A stretch of 64,000 bases of DNA, taken from NCBI GenBank assembly GCA_950097015.1, contig CATNEN010000039.1, positions 18,104,001-18,168,000 of the forward strand, in the 5' to 3' direction. Shown in pieces: positions 1 through 13,687 of this stretch. Origin of the DNA: Macrostomum hystrix. Lineage: Eukaryota; Animalia; Platyhelminthes. Under the pieces are notes generated by a model. The model made no database searches, was not told the DNA's origin, and saw only the letters and a list, made by a program, of their open reading frames with translations. Made by a program: the position numbers and the translations under genes. Every line of letters begins with the position of its first letter. The stretch's first letter is position 1.

Positions 1-1030
1 CATTCAGTCATTATCCTCCGATCATTCACTCCGATCATTCAGTCATTATCCTCCGATCATTCACTGCGATTATCCTCCGATCATTCAGTCATTATCCTCC
101 GATCATTCACTCCGATTATCCTCCGATCATTCAATCCGATCATTCAGTCATTATCCTCCGATCATTCACTCCGATCATTCAGTCATTATCCTCCGATCAT
201 TCACTCCGATCATTCAGTCATTACCCTCCGATCATTCACTCCGATCATTCAGTCATTATCCTCCGATCATTCACTCCGATCATTCAGTCATTATCCTCCG
301 ATCATTCACTCCGATTATTCAGTCATTATCCTCCGATCATTCAGTCATTATTCTCCGATCATTCACTCCGATTATCCTCCGATCATTCACTCCGATCATT
401 CAGTCATTATCCTCCGATCATTCACTCCGATCATTCAGTCATTATCCTCCGATCATTTACTCCGATCATTCAGTCATTATCCTCCGATCATTCAGTCATT
501 ATCCTCCGATCATTCAGTCATTATCCTCCGATCATTCAGTCATTATCCTCCGATCATTCAGTCATTATCCTCCGATCATTCAGTCATTATCCTCCGATCA
601 TTCAGTCATTATCCTCCGATCATTCAGTCATTATCCTCCGATCATTCACTCCGATTATCCTCCGATCATTCACTCCGATCATTCAGTCATTATCCTCCGA
701 TCATTCACTCCGATTATTCAGTCATTATCCTCCGATCATTCAGTCATTATTCTCCGATCATTCACTCCGATTATCCTCCGATCATTCACTCCGATCATTC
801 AGTCATTATCCTCCGATCATTTACTCCGATCATTCAGTCATTATCCTCCGATCATTCAGTCATTATCCTCCGATCATTCAGTCCTTATCCTCCGATCATT
901 CAGTCATTATCCTCCGATCATTCAGTCATTATCCTCCGATCATTCAGTCATTATCCTCCGATCATTCAGTCATTATCCTCCGATCATTCAGTCATTATCC
1001 TCCGATCATTCAGTCATTATCCTCCGATAA
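1..1030. repeat. Minisatellite, 22-bp unit CATTCAGTCATTATCCTCCGAT with interspersed 13-bp CATTCACTCCGAT variants; runs off the window start
   Basis: Direct tandem periodicity. Confidence 0.97.
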
Positions 1031-1098
1031 TACAGCCTCCTTCCATTCAAGTGTGTAACACTAAGCCAGAAAAGATAGACAGAAATCTCACGTTGCAC

Positions 1099-1204
1099 AC
1101 TTGGCTAAGTCGGTGAGTGGCACAACAGCAGCTATTAACTAGCTGAGAATCGAACCCCCGACCTCCTAGTAAGAAGTACCAAGCTTTAACAACTGGTCTA
1201 CAAG
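1099..1204 (-). mobile_element. Degenerate 5' fragment of tRNA-derived SINE
   Basis: GAGAATCGAACCCCCGACC is the reverse complement of the box B region and matches the SINE copies at 19719, 39519 and 53760. Confidence 0.5.
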
Positions 1205-1689
1205 CTTCACTAAGCCATAATAAAAGTCGCAGACTTTTAGTTGCTACCCATATCATATCCTAGCTACATAGACATGAATGGGTCTTAACTAGACACAGCT
1301 TCATCAATAGTTGAGCTCAATGCTGGAGTCAGGCCTAGATAGACAGACACAGAAACAGGATTCCTCACCAACCTAACAGACAGACAGAGCCCCTCTCCTC
1401 CTTGCGTGATTAAAGGTGAACACGATCCGTTAGAAATATTCTTGCATTCTCGTATTGCACCAATCTCTCTCATAGCGGGCTTTTTCATTCCCAAAGGAAT
1501 CCGATTTTCCTGTCATATACTGCAAATTCCTGAGCTGCTTCGATAATCGATAAACAGGGCTCGAGATGCTACCAGGGCAGCAAGATAGTCATGGCTGCCC
1601 TGGGATCAAGAACAGTGGTCGTCAGGCAGCTCATTTGCTTCCCTGGCGATGATAGAAAAATGAAGATGCGACCGATTGAAAGAGAATAT

Positions 1690-2465
1690 AGATGAGAAAG
1701 GGGAGAGATGAGACAGTAGAGAGATGAGACAGGGAGAGATGAGACTGGGGAGAGATGAGACAGTAGAGAGATGAGACTGGAAGGATGAGACAGCAAAGAG
1801 ATGGGACGGGAAGAATGAGACAGGGGAGAGATGAGACAGGAGAGAGATGAGACAGGAGAGAGATGAGACAGGGGAGAGGTGAGACAGGGGAGAGATGAGA
1901 CACAGGAGAGATGAGACAGACAGGGGAGAGATGAGACAGGGGAGAGTTGAGACAGTAGAGAGATGTGACGGGAAGGATGAGACAGCAGAGAGATGAGACG
2001 GGAGGGATTTGACAAGGAGAGATGAGACTGGAGAGAGATGAGACAGGGGAGAGATGAGACACGGGAGAGATGAGACAGGGGAGAGATGGGACAGGGGAGA
2101 GATGAGACAGGGGAGAGATGAGACAGGGGAGAGATGAGACAGGGGAGAGATGAGACAGGGGAGAGATGAGACAGGGGAGAGATGAGACAGGGGAGAGATG
2201 AGACAGGGGAGAGATGAGACAGGAGGGAGATGAGACAGGGGAGAAATGAGACACGGGAGAGATGAGACAGGGGAGAGATGAGACAGGGGAGAGATGAGAC
2301 ACAGGAGAGATGAGACAGGGGAGAGATGAGACACGGGAGAGATGAGACACGGGAGAGATGAGACAGGAGGGAGATGAGACAGGGGAGAAATGAGACACGG
2401 GAGAGATGAGACAGGGGAGAGATGAGACAGACAGGGGAGAGATGAGACAGGGGTGAGATCAGACA
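1690..2465. repeat. Purine-rich minisatellite, 16-bp unit GAGATGAGACAGGGGA
   Basis: Tandem periodicity; explains the three overlapping repetitive minus-strand ORFs. Confidence 0.95.
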
Positions 2466-3102
2466 CGTGAGAGATTTGAAACGGGGGATTAAAGGCATTG
2501 ACAGAGAGACTAGGCGTGAAAGATTAGACAGATGTACATGTAGCAGCTGACAGTATACATATCAACAGGAATTCGCTGACCTCTAAAGTACACCGTGTCC
2601 TATTTCTGTTGGCAGGCGTGTTAGCGGGAACAGCAGCTGCCGCAGAAGAGAATTTTTACATAGTTTGTAAATTAAAGCTATAAGTCCCTGACCAAAAAAA
2701 GGGCTTGCTATTTTCTGCAAACTCCTGAATACTGATTGCCAGTCGCTGCATGGGTTTCGCGTTGGTTTTACTAGTACATATTCTGTCTACTGTTGCGCCT
2801 AGCAAGAATCTGGTTCAGTTTGGGTAAATTATGACGCCGACAGAAATTTCCAGTTTTTTTACTAGCAGCTCGTCATTTTATAAGCATGCACTTTGTCGAA
2901 CACATGAAATTAGCGCGTCCTACCTTATGTAGCAAAGTAAAGTACAGTTGCTATGTGGACCAAAACGCGGTGCATGTATTAAAATAATATGCACATAAAA
3001 ATAAAGAAGTAATTTTTTCAAACTTTTTTAATTGAAATACGAAATCAGTGACTGTACAAGTTTTAAGAAGCATTGACTTTAAAATAATTCAAGCCTTGAT
3101 TA

Positions 3103-3755
3103 CAAAAATCTGGATTAAAAAATCAGGATAAAAAAATCTGGATTAAAAAAATCTGGATTAAAAAATCTGGATTAAAAAATCTGGATTAAAAAATCTGGAT
3201 TAAAAAATCTGGATTAAAAAATCAGGATTTAAAAGATCAGGATTTAAAAAATCTAGATTAAAAAATCAGGATTAAAAAATCAGGATTAAAAAATCAGAAT
3301 TTAAAAGATCAGGATTTAAAAGATCAGGATTAAAAAATCTGGATAAAAAGATCAGGATTAAAAAATCAGGATTTAAAAGATCAGGATTTAAAAGATCAGG
3401 ATTTAAAAGATCAGGATTTAAAAGATCAGGATTAAAAAATCAGGATTTAAAAAATCAGGATTTAAAAGATCAGGATTTAAAAGATCAGGATTAAAAAATC
3501 TGGATAAAAAGATCAGGATTAAAAAATCAGGATTTAAAAGATCAGGATTTAAAAGATCAGGATTTAAAAGATCAGGATTTAAAAGATCAGGATTTAAAAG
3601 ATCAGGATTTAAAAGATCAGGATTTATAAAATCTGGATTAAAAGATCAGGATTTAAAAGATCAGGATTTAAAAAATCTGGATTAAAAAATCTGGATTAAA
3701 AAATCTGGATTAACAAATCAGGATTAAAAAATCAGGATTCAAAAAATCAGGATCG
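3103..3755. repeat. Minisatellite, 14-15-bp unit AAAAAATCTGGATT / AAAAGATCAGGATTT
   Basis: Tandem periodicity. Confidence 0.95.
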
Positions 3756-4227
3756 AAAAGTAACGACTGCAAAAGATCTAAGCAGGATTTGGAGAGTCCT
3801 GGCCGTCTTGAAAACCCCAGTTTGAGGATTTGAAGAACTGTGCGACAGTGCGATTCGGGAGCATTGTTAAAGAAAAAATTGATGTCTCGACTAGACGATT
3901 CTATTCAATATCAAGGCAAATCCATGGACTAGAAGCAGTGACACCTGAGCCAAACTGAACTTCTTTCAGAATTAGTTCCACTGATCAGCTAGAAGCAAAC
4001 TAATTGCTGGTCAGGTGTTGGACTGCACCGACAAGATGGAAATTTTCTGTTCGATAATTAGCTATATTTCAGACGTTTTTTCACATTAGATGAGGACGGG
4101 GATTCAGTAGAAGCACGTGGGCAAGGTCAAATACTTTTAAAGCCACCTGTGCCTGTGTAAAATAAAAATCAGTGCCGTCTGTTTTGTTTCTGACGGAATA
4201 TGCCGACCAACGAGTAAGCAAGATCGC

Positions 4228-5125
4228 TTCAGTCATTATGCTCCGATCATTCAATTAGGTTCAGTCATTATCTTCCGATCATTCAGTTTGGTTCAGTCAT
4301 TATCTTCCGATCATTCAATTTGGTTCAGTCATTATCTTCCGATCATTCAGTTTGGTTCGGTCATTATCTTCCGATCATTCAGCTTGGTTCAGTCATTATC
4401 CTCCAATCATTCAATTAGGTTTATTCATTATCTTCCGATCATTCAGCTTGGTTCAGTCATTATGCTCCGATCATTTAATTGGGTTCAGTCATTATCCTCC
4501 GATCATTCAGTTTGGTTCAGTCATTATCCTCCGATCATTCAGTTTGGTTCAGTCATTATCCTCCGATCATTCAGCTTGGTTCAGTCATTATCCTCCGATC
4601 ATTCAGTTTGTTTCAGTCATTATCCTCCGATTATTCAGTTTGGTTCAGTCATTATCTTCCGATCATTCAGTATGGTTTAGTCATTATCTTCCGATCATTC
4701 AGTATGGTTTAGTCATTATCCTCCGATCATTCAGTTTAGTTCAGTCAATATCCTCCGATCGTTCAGTTTGGTTCAGTCAATATCCTCCGATCATTCAGTT
4801 TAGTTCAGTCAATATCCTCCGATCGTTCAGTTTGGTTCAGTCAATATCCTCCGATCATTCAGTTTAGTTCAGTCAATATCCTCCGATCATTCAGTTTAGT
4901 TCAGTCAATATCCTCCGATCGTTCAGTTTGGTTCAGTCATTATCCTCCGATTATTCAGTTTGGTTCAGTCATTATCTTCCGATCATTCAGTTTGGTTCAG
5001 TCATTATCCTCCGATTATTCAGTTTGGTTCAGTCATTATCCTCCGATCATTCAGTTTGGTTCAGTCATTATCCTCCGATCATTCAGTTTAGTTCAGTCAT
5101 TATCCTCCGATCATTCAGTTTGCTT
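4228..5125. repeat. Minisatellite, 32-bp unit TTCAGTCATTATCCTCCGATCATTCAGTTTGG, related to the array at 1-1030
   Basis: Tandem periodicity; contains the same 22-bp core. Confidence 0.95.
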
Positions 5126-5402
5126 CATTCATCATTTAGCTTACATTCAGTTCTCACTGTTATGTACTTTAGCGGGTTACACTCTGCGGTTAATGGAATG
5201 CTAAAATCTTCAATCGAAATGCTTTTCAACTGAAGTATACTGTGGCTCAATTGTGGCCAAATTCATCATTTTGTTTCTCTTTGAATAAGGAAGGATTTGA
5301 CTGGGAAACATGAGCTCGTTGAACGTTAAGACTCAAAAAAGCTTTTTATTAGGCATGTTAAAAGTGGTCCATCCCTTTCATCCAGACTTATTTTTTTAAC
5401 AG

Positions 5403-5650
5403 ATGAAGGAAAAGAATGGATTGCTAATCTATCCCATGGATAAAGGAATAGAATGGATTGCTAATCTATCCCATGGATGAAGGAATAGAATGGATTGCTA
5501 ATCTATCCCATGGATGAAGGAATAGAATGGATTGCTAATCTATCCCATGGATGAAGGAATAGAATGGATTGCCAATCTATCCCATGGATGAAGGAATAGA
5601 ATGGATTGCTAATCTATCCAATGGATGAAGGAATAGAATAGACTGCCAAT
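5403..5650. repeat. Minisatellite, 37-bp unit GAAGGAATAGAATGGATTGCTAATCTATCCCATGGAT
   Basis: About 6 tandem copies. Confidence 0.93.
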
Positions 5651-6559
5651 TCCTAAGATTATTGAACTGAATAGTTAGAAAACTTGGCTGATATTGTAGC
5701 AGATGAACTTCACAGTCGGTTTAATTTCGCAAAGCAAAGCGAATTAGTAAAGAGCGCACAGCACATGAAAATCAATATTCTGAAACGAAAAAACGGAAGC
5801 TCAAGCCGAGGAACTCAATAATTCTCTGGCAAAACAGCTCAAAATGAGCATAGTCTTATAAGATCGGTCTCAGCTCCAGTGATTGGTGGAGGGGGAGGGG
5901 CTAGAAATTGGATCGGAATCGATTTCCTAAATAACCGCAAATTGGGATTATTTGTCTAGAATTTCTCTACCTGCAGTCCACAATGGTAGTCGAATTGACA
6001 GCGAATGTGGAGGAAATTGAAATTACACAAGTAATATGCTAGCGATACATGTCACGCAGACACACTAAGGCACTACTTTGTAGCAGTAATTCTCAAAGCT
6101 AATTCACTGGTAAAGTAATTCTCTTTTGCTCGCAATTTATTCAACTGACAATTTGTTTTGCGCATGATTTTATTCGCTCGTCTCATTAACTGTCATCAGA
6201 ATCCGTAACTATCTTCATAGATATTTCACTATCGTCTCTAGGGAACAAAAGATTGACAGATCTCACGCTGAAGCTGAATGTACTTTTATAACGATGGCAA
6301 AGGAAAAATGAAAATGTTCTGCATGAGATGGAATTTTTTGTAGACTCAGGCTCTGGGACTAACTAGACTTTGATCAGCTTTACTTGCCATATTTAACTGT
6401 CTAATATACTGGCTTGTAAATTAACTGATCGAATCAGATTTCTACTCGGAATAGCTTTTTCTGTTGTGTCACCCGCGTCAAATAGATTGATTGATAATCT
6501 CTGTCACCTGCAATAAATTATGCCTATATTCTCAATGTTGAGTTTCTTATCTGTTTGTT

Positions 6560-6810
6560 AATTTTCTCATTTATCCTGTCGCCTTTCTCCACCTTATCTC
6601 CACTCTACCCCTTATCTACTCTCTCCTGTCTCCACTCTATCCCTTATCTACTCTCTCCCGTCTCTACTCTACCCCTTATCTACTCTCTCCTGTCTCCTCT
6701 CTACCACCTCTTTTCTCTCTCCTGTCTCCTCTCTACCCCCTCTCTTCTTTCTTTTCTCTCGTCTCTACCCCTATCTTCTCTTCTATCTCATCAGCCTCAT
6801 CCTCTCACAT
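6560..6810. repeat. CT-rich low-complexity tract
   Basis: Pyrimidine-rich degenerate repeats. Confidence 0.7.
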
Positions 6811-7367
6811 ATTCTCGACCAACTTAGAACCTAATTTTTCGACAAATTAATGAATTTGTCGACGGATTCAATTTTTTGGGATCCATGACGTTTTTAATCT
6901 CCCCAAATCTTTTCTCTTCGCTTCCGCAGCAGCCACTATTGTGAAATTTCAATCAAATCTAACTGGCAGTTCTCTGTTCATAGAAAAAACAACAATCAAA
7001 CATCTAATTAAACTCGCAAACGCATGAAAACCGAGGGGTGTTAAAAAAAGTCTGAGAAATGCTGAAGACGAGAGGAAGGTGCGCACAGGAAAAAATATAT
7101 AGACCCACCTGCATAGATAGACTGTTTCCCCTTTCTAGATCAGAAAAACCTCTGCAAAAGACCTACTAAAAGGACCAGAGCCTGACGGTATTTACAGCAA
7201 TGCACGCAATCCGGTAATATTATATTCTCCACAATTAGATGCTGAGTATGTTTCTAACATTTGCTGAGCATTCTCAAGAGGGTCCGCCTGCACAGCTGCC
7301 GTATAAAGCTTCAAGTTACAAAGTCCACAGTCTGACTTCTAACAATATGATCTATCCGATCTCATGA

Positions 7368-7578
7368 ATGAAGGAATAGAATGGATTGCTAATCTATCCA
7401 ATGGATGAAGGAATAGAATGGATTGCTAATCTATCCAATGGATGAAGGAATAGAATGGATTGCTAATCTATCCCTAGGATGAAGGAATAGAATGGATTGC
7501 TAATCTATCCCTAGGATGAAGGAATAGAATGGATTGCTAATCTATCCCATGGATGAAGGAATAGAATGGATTGCTGAT
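7368..7578. repeat. Second array of the same 37-bp minisatellite as 5403-5650
   Basis: Near-identical unit, about 5.5 copies, same orientation. Confidence 0.93.
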
Positions 7579-9096
7579 AGGAGCTCGTATCTAATGGGTG
7601 AAGAAATATAATATATAGCTAATCGACCTCACTGCAGTCAGACAATTAAAGTAGCAAAGGCTACTTACAATGCCAATCCGACATGTTAAATAATAGTGCA
7701 ACTATTGTACAACTACATGTACACTTGCGAATGTTAAGTGTAATTCAACTAGTTTTAATGCCACCTGATTTAATCAAGCGGGTCGGCTTTAAAATAAAAG
7801 CAGGAGGATTCTATTCACTTCGGCGCTGCCAGCACGCGAATGGACGAAGCAAGCGAGATAATGAGCCACGGCACGACACGCCACTCAAAGTTCCGAGGGA
7901 AAAAGGCGAATTTAGTCGGTATATTAGCATCTTAAACAGCTGGGAGACTCCAATAATAAACTAAACGGAGAAGTCTCAGCGAAGCATTCACGCGCGCATC
8001 AATAGCTTCCTGGGACGCTTCGTTTCTGAAGGGTCTGGCGAGAGAAGTCAGTCCGGTCCATTCACTCCCGAAGTGGCCCCAATCTCTTACCGTTTCAATA
8101 TAAATACGACGTGAATACGTGTGTGCGTGCGGGTGTGAGCAGCCACGATGTGTTTTTCATTCTCAACTTAGCTTTTTCTATTCAATCACTCCTCAATTCA
8201 GGGTGCTTCTTCGCCCAGCAACAACGTTCTACGCACACGAAATCCACTCGCGGCCGCTTCAACCACTTTATTGCCTGCTAGGGGAGAAAAATTGATTGGA
8301 CTCTTCAATCTCTTTTTGGCCCCGTTTCAGACGCTATAACAGCTCCCGACAAAGAAACTAGGCTGAGTGGCGGGGGTGCACTTAGCTAGTTCAATATACT
8401 ATTTTTCAGGCGGGCTAAAAGTGGCTTCTGCTCAGAAGATCAGCAGACTTTTTCATCAAGTGTGAAAGCGTTCAGCCAATGAGGCCCTAATTACAGGGCC
8501 ACATCACTTAGAGCTACCATAGCAGATGCCTTAAGCTGCTTGAAGGCCAAGAACCTTATTCTCGCTTCACTATAATAGTTTATTTACTTAAGAAAAGTTT
8601 TTAGCAAGCGAAAGCCAATAGATGGTCAGTCTGTTTATGATTAAACGGACCCCCTTGTGTTGCTACAAGGAATACTCATAAGACGGGAAAACCTAGCGCA
8701 ATAAACAGGAACTCGTGAACGAAAGATTTCATAGTCGTCTTCCTGTGTCTTTTTATAGCCAGCTTTAGAAAGTGCAATTTTTTTTAAAACAAATCTAGAG
8801 TGATGTGAAGTGTGCTCTAGGGACAACATATGACATGCTATGATGCTAGTCAGATCTAGTGTTAATGCTTTAAATCCGAGTTTTTTAGTCGAGGTTTAAT
8901 GCTTCGGCTGGTTTTTACGACAGAAAAAATATTTTGTTTAATCCATCAATCGACGCACTGGCCAAGCTTTTAGTTGGAAGCACGATATGTCAATAAATGA
9001 AATGAGGACAAGCTGCGCTATCTAGTTGTCTTTAAGCTGGAATCCGGCTTTGGTTTTGTAAGGCCAATGCTGAGTGGCAGAGAAGCTAACGGGTTT

Positions 9097-9205
9097 GTCA
9101 TGGAATGGCGTGAGGTGGGCGTCATGGAATGGCGTGAGGTGGGTGTCAAGGAATGGCGTGAGGTGGGTGTCATAGAGTGACGTGAGGTGGGTGTCAAAGA
9201 ATGGC
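9097..9205. repeat. Short minisatellite, ~24-bp unit GTCATGGAATGGCGTGAGGTGGGT
   Basis: 4-5 degenerate copies. Confidence 0.8.
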
Positions 9206-9506
9206 TTAAGACGGGGAGGGTGTGAATAAATTCTTCACCTAAACTGCAAGCAAAAAGTCAGTACGAGCGTGCAAACTTTATTTGGGTGAGTCAAACTAAA
9301 ATAACAATTTAAAGAGATAATTACAAAGAACTTTTTAAGGCATAACAAATTGGACTAAAGGCAAAGCGAGTGAAAATGCTTATTTGAATCAGACCGGAAT
9401 ATAATGTTTTAAATAATATAACTTATAGTTACAATTCAACTTATTAAGTAAGTCAACTTTACAGCTTCGTTACTGAATGCATAAACAGTGACTAAAATCT
9501 GATTGT

Positions 9507-9743
9507 TTTCATGTCAGTTCAGTCCCAGATTCATGTCAGTTCAGTCCCAGATTCATGTCAGTTCAGTCCCAGATTCATGTCAGTTCAGTCCCAGATTCAT
9601 GTCAGTTCAGTCCCAGATTCATGTCAGTTCAGTCCCAGATTCATGTCAGTTTAGTCCCAAATTCATGTCAGTTTAGTCCCAGATTCATGTCAGTTCAGTC
9701 CCAGATTCATGTCAGTTCAGTCCCAGATTCATGTCAGTTCAGT
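9507..9743. repeat. Minisatellite, 22-bp unit TTCATGTCAGTTCAGTCCCAGA, in the PSMG4-like 3' UTR
   Basis: About 10.5 copies; the terminal unit overlaps the TGA stop of the gene. Confidence 0.95.
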
Positions 9744-10715
9744 CTGTCCCATCAGCCTGGCTTTGCTGGTCGGTTTTGAGGGCCGCCAGCAGGTTGGGCA
9801 GCAACCGGCGGAACAGGCGCTCAGCTGCGGCCGCCACGACCTCCTCTCGCACCAGCTGCTCCGACAGCCGCGCTGGCAGACCCAGGCCGACAAAAGCCGC
9901 CCAGCCGGTTGCCTTGACAATGCGTCGGCCAATCATGTCGGCTAGGCGACGGGCGACATCGGGCGCTGGCGACTCGGTCAGGATGTCAGCGTGAAGGGGC
10001 TGATCTGACGATGGAACCGAGCTGAACCGATTCGGGTGGTAGGCGTGCAGTTCTGGGGAGAGAAAGGAATAAGGTAAAGCAAATTTAGGCCACAGGAGCT
10101 AGAAAACAAAGGAGAGTTGGACCGCAGAGAGCGCTTGACGCGTTTGGCCTTTTCGCACAGCTCCGTAAGTTCGATTCCGCGGCGAGGCCACATTTATTTA
10201 AGGTCGTGCAATTTACGCCCTTGAGGGCCAAACTCCAAGGCTCTCGATGAGAGAGTCAGGGCACCTGTGTGAGCGTGTGCCTGCGTACGGTATCTGTGTG
10301 CGTGGGTGCTCAGGAGTCAGCGAAATGGGCAGCATTGCCTCCTCGCTGGCTGCGGGTCTAGTGTCACCAAATGATGTGCTATAGCCCGTAGCCCTCCTGC
10401 ATTTATTAGGTCACAGGTAGAAAATGAAGGATGATTCGGCCACAGAGGTGTGATACGCAGGGAAATGAATAATTGTATCTGCTTAAAGAGTAAAAAAATT
10501 ACTTGATTTTAAGTCTCGAAAAAGCGAAATAATGGGCAAATCAATTGTGAGCTTCACAAACCAGTGACGCAATCGTCGGTTGCCACGTGAACTAGCCAGC
10601 TATCCGGCATGCGAATCACAGTGAGTGTTAGTGGGCCAATGCCATCGTCGCCAGAAGCTGGTGGCGGACGGTGCTCCGGCACCAGACTGAATCGTTGAAC
10701 TGATTCACACTTCAT
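9739..10715 (-). CDS. PSMG4: Proteasome assembly chaperone 4 (PAC4)-like protein, ~155 aa, 2 exons
   Basis: Exons complement(10562..10715, 9739..10052) join through a phase-1 GT..AG intron. MKCESVQRFSL..LTLTVIRMPDSWLVHVA..ELHAYHPNRF..DVARRLADMIGRRIVKATGWAAFVGLGL parallels recalled PSMG4 (HFHVMRLTDSLFLWVG..STGLAQRLARKTNKQVFVSYNL). Confidence 0.65.
10113..10305 (+). mobile_element. tRNA-derived SINE, family B (degenerate), in the PSMG4-like intron
   Basis: Box B-like GTTCGATTCC followed by GCGGCGAGGCCAC..CCAAGG..GAGAGTCAGGGCA, shared with the copy at 45652-45890. Confidence 0.65.
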
Positions 10716-10814
10716 GCTGCTGAGAAATAGAGCAGTAAACAAGCATCACTTACTGTTTACTAAAGAGCAAATAATTTCATTATACAAGAACCGACATTTG
10801 ATTCTGCAGCCAAT

Positions 10815-11245
10815 AACTCATTGCTTTGATCTTGCCGCTAATCACATGGCAGCCCTAATCACTTACTGCTTTGATCTTGCCGCTAATCACATGGCAGCCA
10901 TTATCAGCCACTGCTTTGATCTTGCCGCTAATCACATGGCAGCCACTATCACCCACTGCTTTGATCTTGCCGCTAATCACATGGCAGCCCTTATCACCCA
11001 CTGCTTTGATCTTGCCGCTAATCACATGACAGCCATTATCACCCACTGCTTTGATCTTGCCGCTAATCACATGACAGCCATTATCACCCACTGCTTTGAT
11101 CTTGCCGCTAATCAAATGACAGCCATTATCACCCACTGCTTTGATCTTGCCGCTAATCACATGGCAGCCCTTATCACCCACTGCTTTGATCTTGCCGCTA
11201 ATCACATGGCAGCCCTTATCACCCACTGCTTTGATCTAGCCGAAA
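10815..11245. repeat. Minisatellite, 45-bp unit CCCACTGCTTTGATCTTGCCGCTAATCACATGGCAGCCCTTATCA
   Basis: About 9 copies; source of the THCFDLAANHMAALI ORF. Confidence 0.95.
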
Positions 11246-11989
11246 ATCAAATAACAGCGACAATCGCCTTCTATTCTTATCATCCACTGTTTGATTTTGC
11301 AGAAAATAACATGGTGGCCTTATTAAAACTGTTTGATCTTGCCGCCCTAAAACAAGAAAAAGGGCTTAAAATGAAGACGTACAACAAAACAAATTTAGAA
11401 TTTAACTACAATAATTGTGCAATTTCTGACTTCTTTATATTTTTCAAGTGAATTTAACTTGCAACGTATTATGTACAATGGGTCATTTATTAAAAATCAC
11501 TAACAACAAAAGCTACTATTATGACCTAAAAAATAAAAATTAAAAACTCAAGACAGAATAGGAAAGAAAAAAAGAATCATAGCAAAAGAAAACACACACA
11601 ATTATAGCATGAAAATAATTAGTTACGGCAAGTTAAAAGTTCTTGATTTGAATCTAAAATAAAACTATTTGAACTTTGCCAAGGCAATCACAAGCTAATA
11701 GTGATACCTGTGTACTACTTACTAAACCAGTAGTATGATGCCAGTAAAAGCTACAATTTTAGTTCAAAAAGGACTACAAAATTAACACAATATTGTCTTA
11801 TAGAAGCTAGTGTCATGCAACACAGCGATTTCTTTGAAAAAATAACAATTTGGCAGAAATTCACAAAATCGTAACACGAAAACAACACAGGGCCCTGGAT
11901 AAGAGTCACAAATTAGTCATTATTTCTACTTACTTGTGCGACAAAATGAGTAGCTTAGCATAATTTTTCTAATTTATTCCAGATTATAA

Positions 11990-13610
11990 AGGATGTGGGA
12001 AATGGCTGTAGATGATGAGGATCTGGGAAGTGGCTGTAGATAATGAGGATCTGGGAAGTGGCTATAGATAATGAGGATCTGGGAAATGACTGTAGATCAT
12101 GAGGATCTGGGAAGTGGCTATAGATAATGAGGATCTGGGAAATGACTGTAGATCATGAGGATCTGGGAAATGACAGTAGATAATGAGGATCTGGGAAGTG
12201 GCTATAGATAATGAGGATCTGGGAAATGACTGTAGATCATGAGGATCTGGGAAATGACAGTAGATCATGAGGATGTGGGAAATGGCTGTAGATAATGAGG
12301 ATCTGGGAAGTGGCTGTAGATCATGAGGATGTGGGAAATGGCTGTAGATAATGAGGATCTGGGAAGTGGCTGTAGATAATAAGGATCTGGGAAATGACTG
12401 TAGATCATGAGGATCTGGGAAGTGGCTATAGATAATGAGGATCTGGGAAATGACTGTAGATCATGATGATCTGGGAAATGACTGTAGATCATGAGGATCT
12501 GGGAAATGACAGTTGATCATGAGGATTTGGGAAATGACAGTAGATCATGAGGATGTGGGAAATGACACTAGATCATGAAGATGTGGGAAATGACAGTAGA
12601 TCATGAGGGTGTGGGAAATGACAGTAGATCATGAGGGTGTGGGAAATGACAGTAGATCATGAGGATCTGGGAATGACAGTAGATCATGAGGATGTGGGAA
12701 ATGACAGTAGATCATGAGGGTGTGGGAAATGACAGTAGATCATGAGGATCTGGGAAATGACAGTTGATCATGAGGATCTGGGAAATGACAGTTGATCATG
12801 AGGATCTGGGAAATGACAGTTGATCATGAGGATCTGGGAAATGACAGTAGATCATGAGGATGTGGGAAATGACAGTTGATGATGAGGGTGTGGGAAATGA
12901 CAGTTAATCATGAGGATGTGGAAAATGACAGTAGATCATGAGGATGTGGGATATGACAGTTGATCATGAGGATGTGGGAAATGACAGTAGATCATGAGGG
13001 TGTGGGAAATGACTGTAGATCATGAGGGTGTGGGAAATGACTGTAGATCATGAGGGTGTGGGAAATGACAGTAGATCATGAGGATCTGGGAAATGACAGT
13101 TGATCATGAGGATCTGGGAAATGACAGTTGATCATGAGGATCTGGGAAATGACAGTTGATCATGAGGATCTGGGAAATGACAGTTGATCATGAGGATCTG
13201 GGAAATGACAGTAGATCATGAGGATGTGGGAAATGACAGTAGATCATGAGGATGTGGGAAATGACAGTTGATGATGAGGGTGTGGGAAATGACAGTAGAT
13301 CATGAGGATGTGGGAAATGACAGTAGATCATGAGGATGTGGGAAATGACAGTTGATGATGAGGGTGTGGGAAATGACAGTTGATGATGAGGGTGTGGGAA
13401 ATGACAGTTAATCATGAGGATGTGGAAAATGACAGTAGATCATGAGGATGTGGGAAATGACTGTAGATCATGAGGATCTGGGATATGACAGTTGATCATG
13501 ACGATGTGGGAAATGACAGTTGATCATGAGGATTTGGGAAATGACAGTAGATCATGAGGGTGTGGGAAATGACTGTAGATCATGAGGATCTGGGAAATAA
13601 CTGTAGATCT
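11990..13610. repeat. Minisatellite, 28-bp unit GATCATGAGGATCTGGGAAATGACAGTA
   Basis: About 57 tandem copies. Confidence 0.97.
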
Positions 13611-13687
13611 CACTAGATTTCAATGGAATAAAATTGTATGAATTGCTATAACAAACTTAACAAGGTCATACAGCGGAACAGCGATAC

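Noticed and set aside
1569-2498. Long repetitive ORFs (also 4288-5233, 10714-11451, 18594-19193, 38024-39204, 40124-41112, 44050-44960, 53150-53746, 57981-58472, 60486-61104)
   Set aside because: They are translations of stop-free minisatellite or low-complexity units, often open in several frames and on both strands.
5960-8300. Minus-strand splice donors (near 5967, 7662, 8087) and a CpG-rich patch suggesting 5' exons of a gene extending left of the window
   Set aside because: No coding frame or recognisable product could be assembled.
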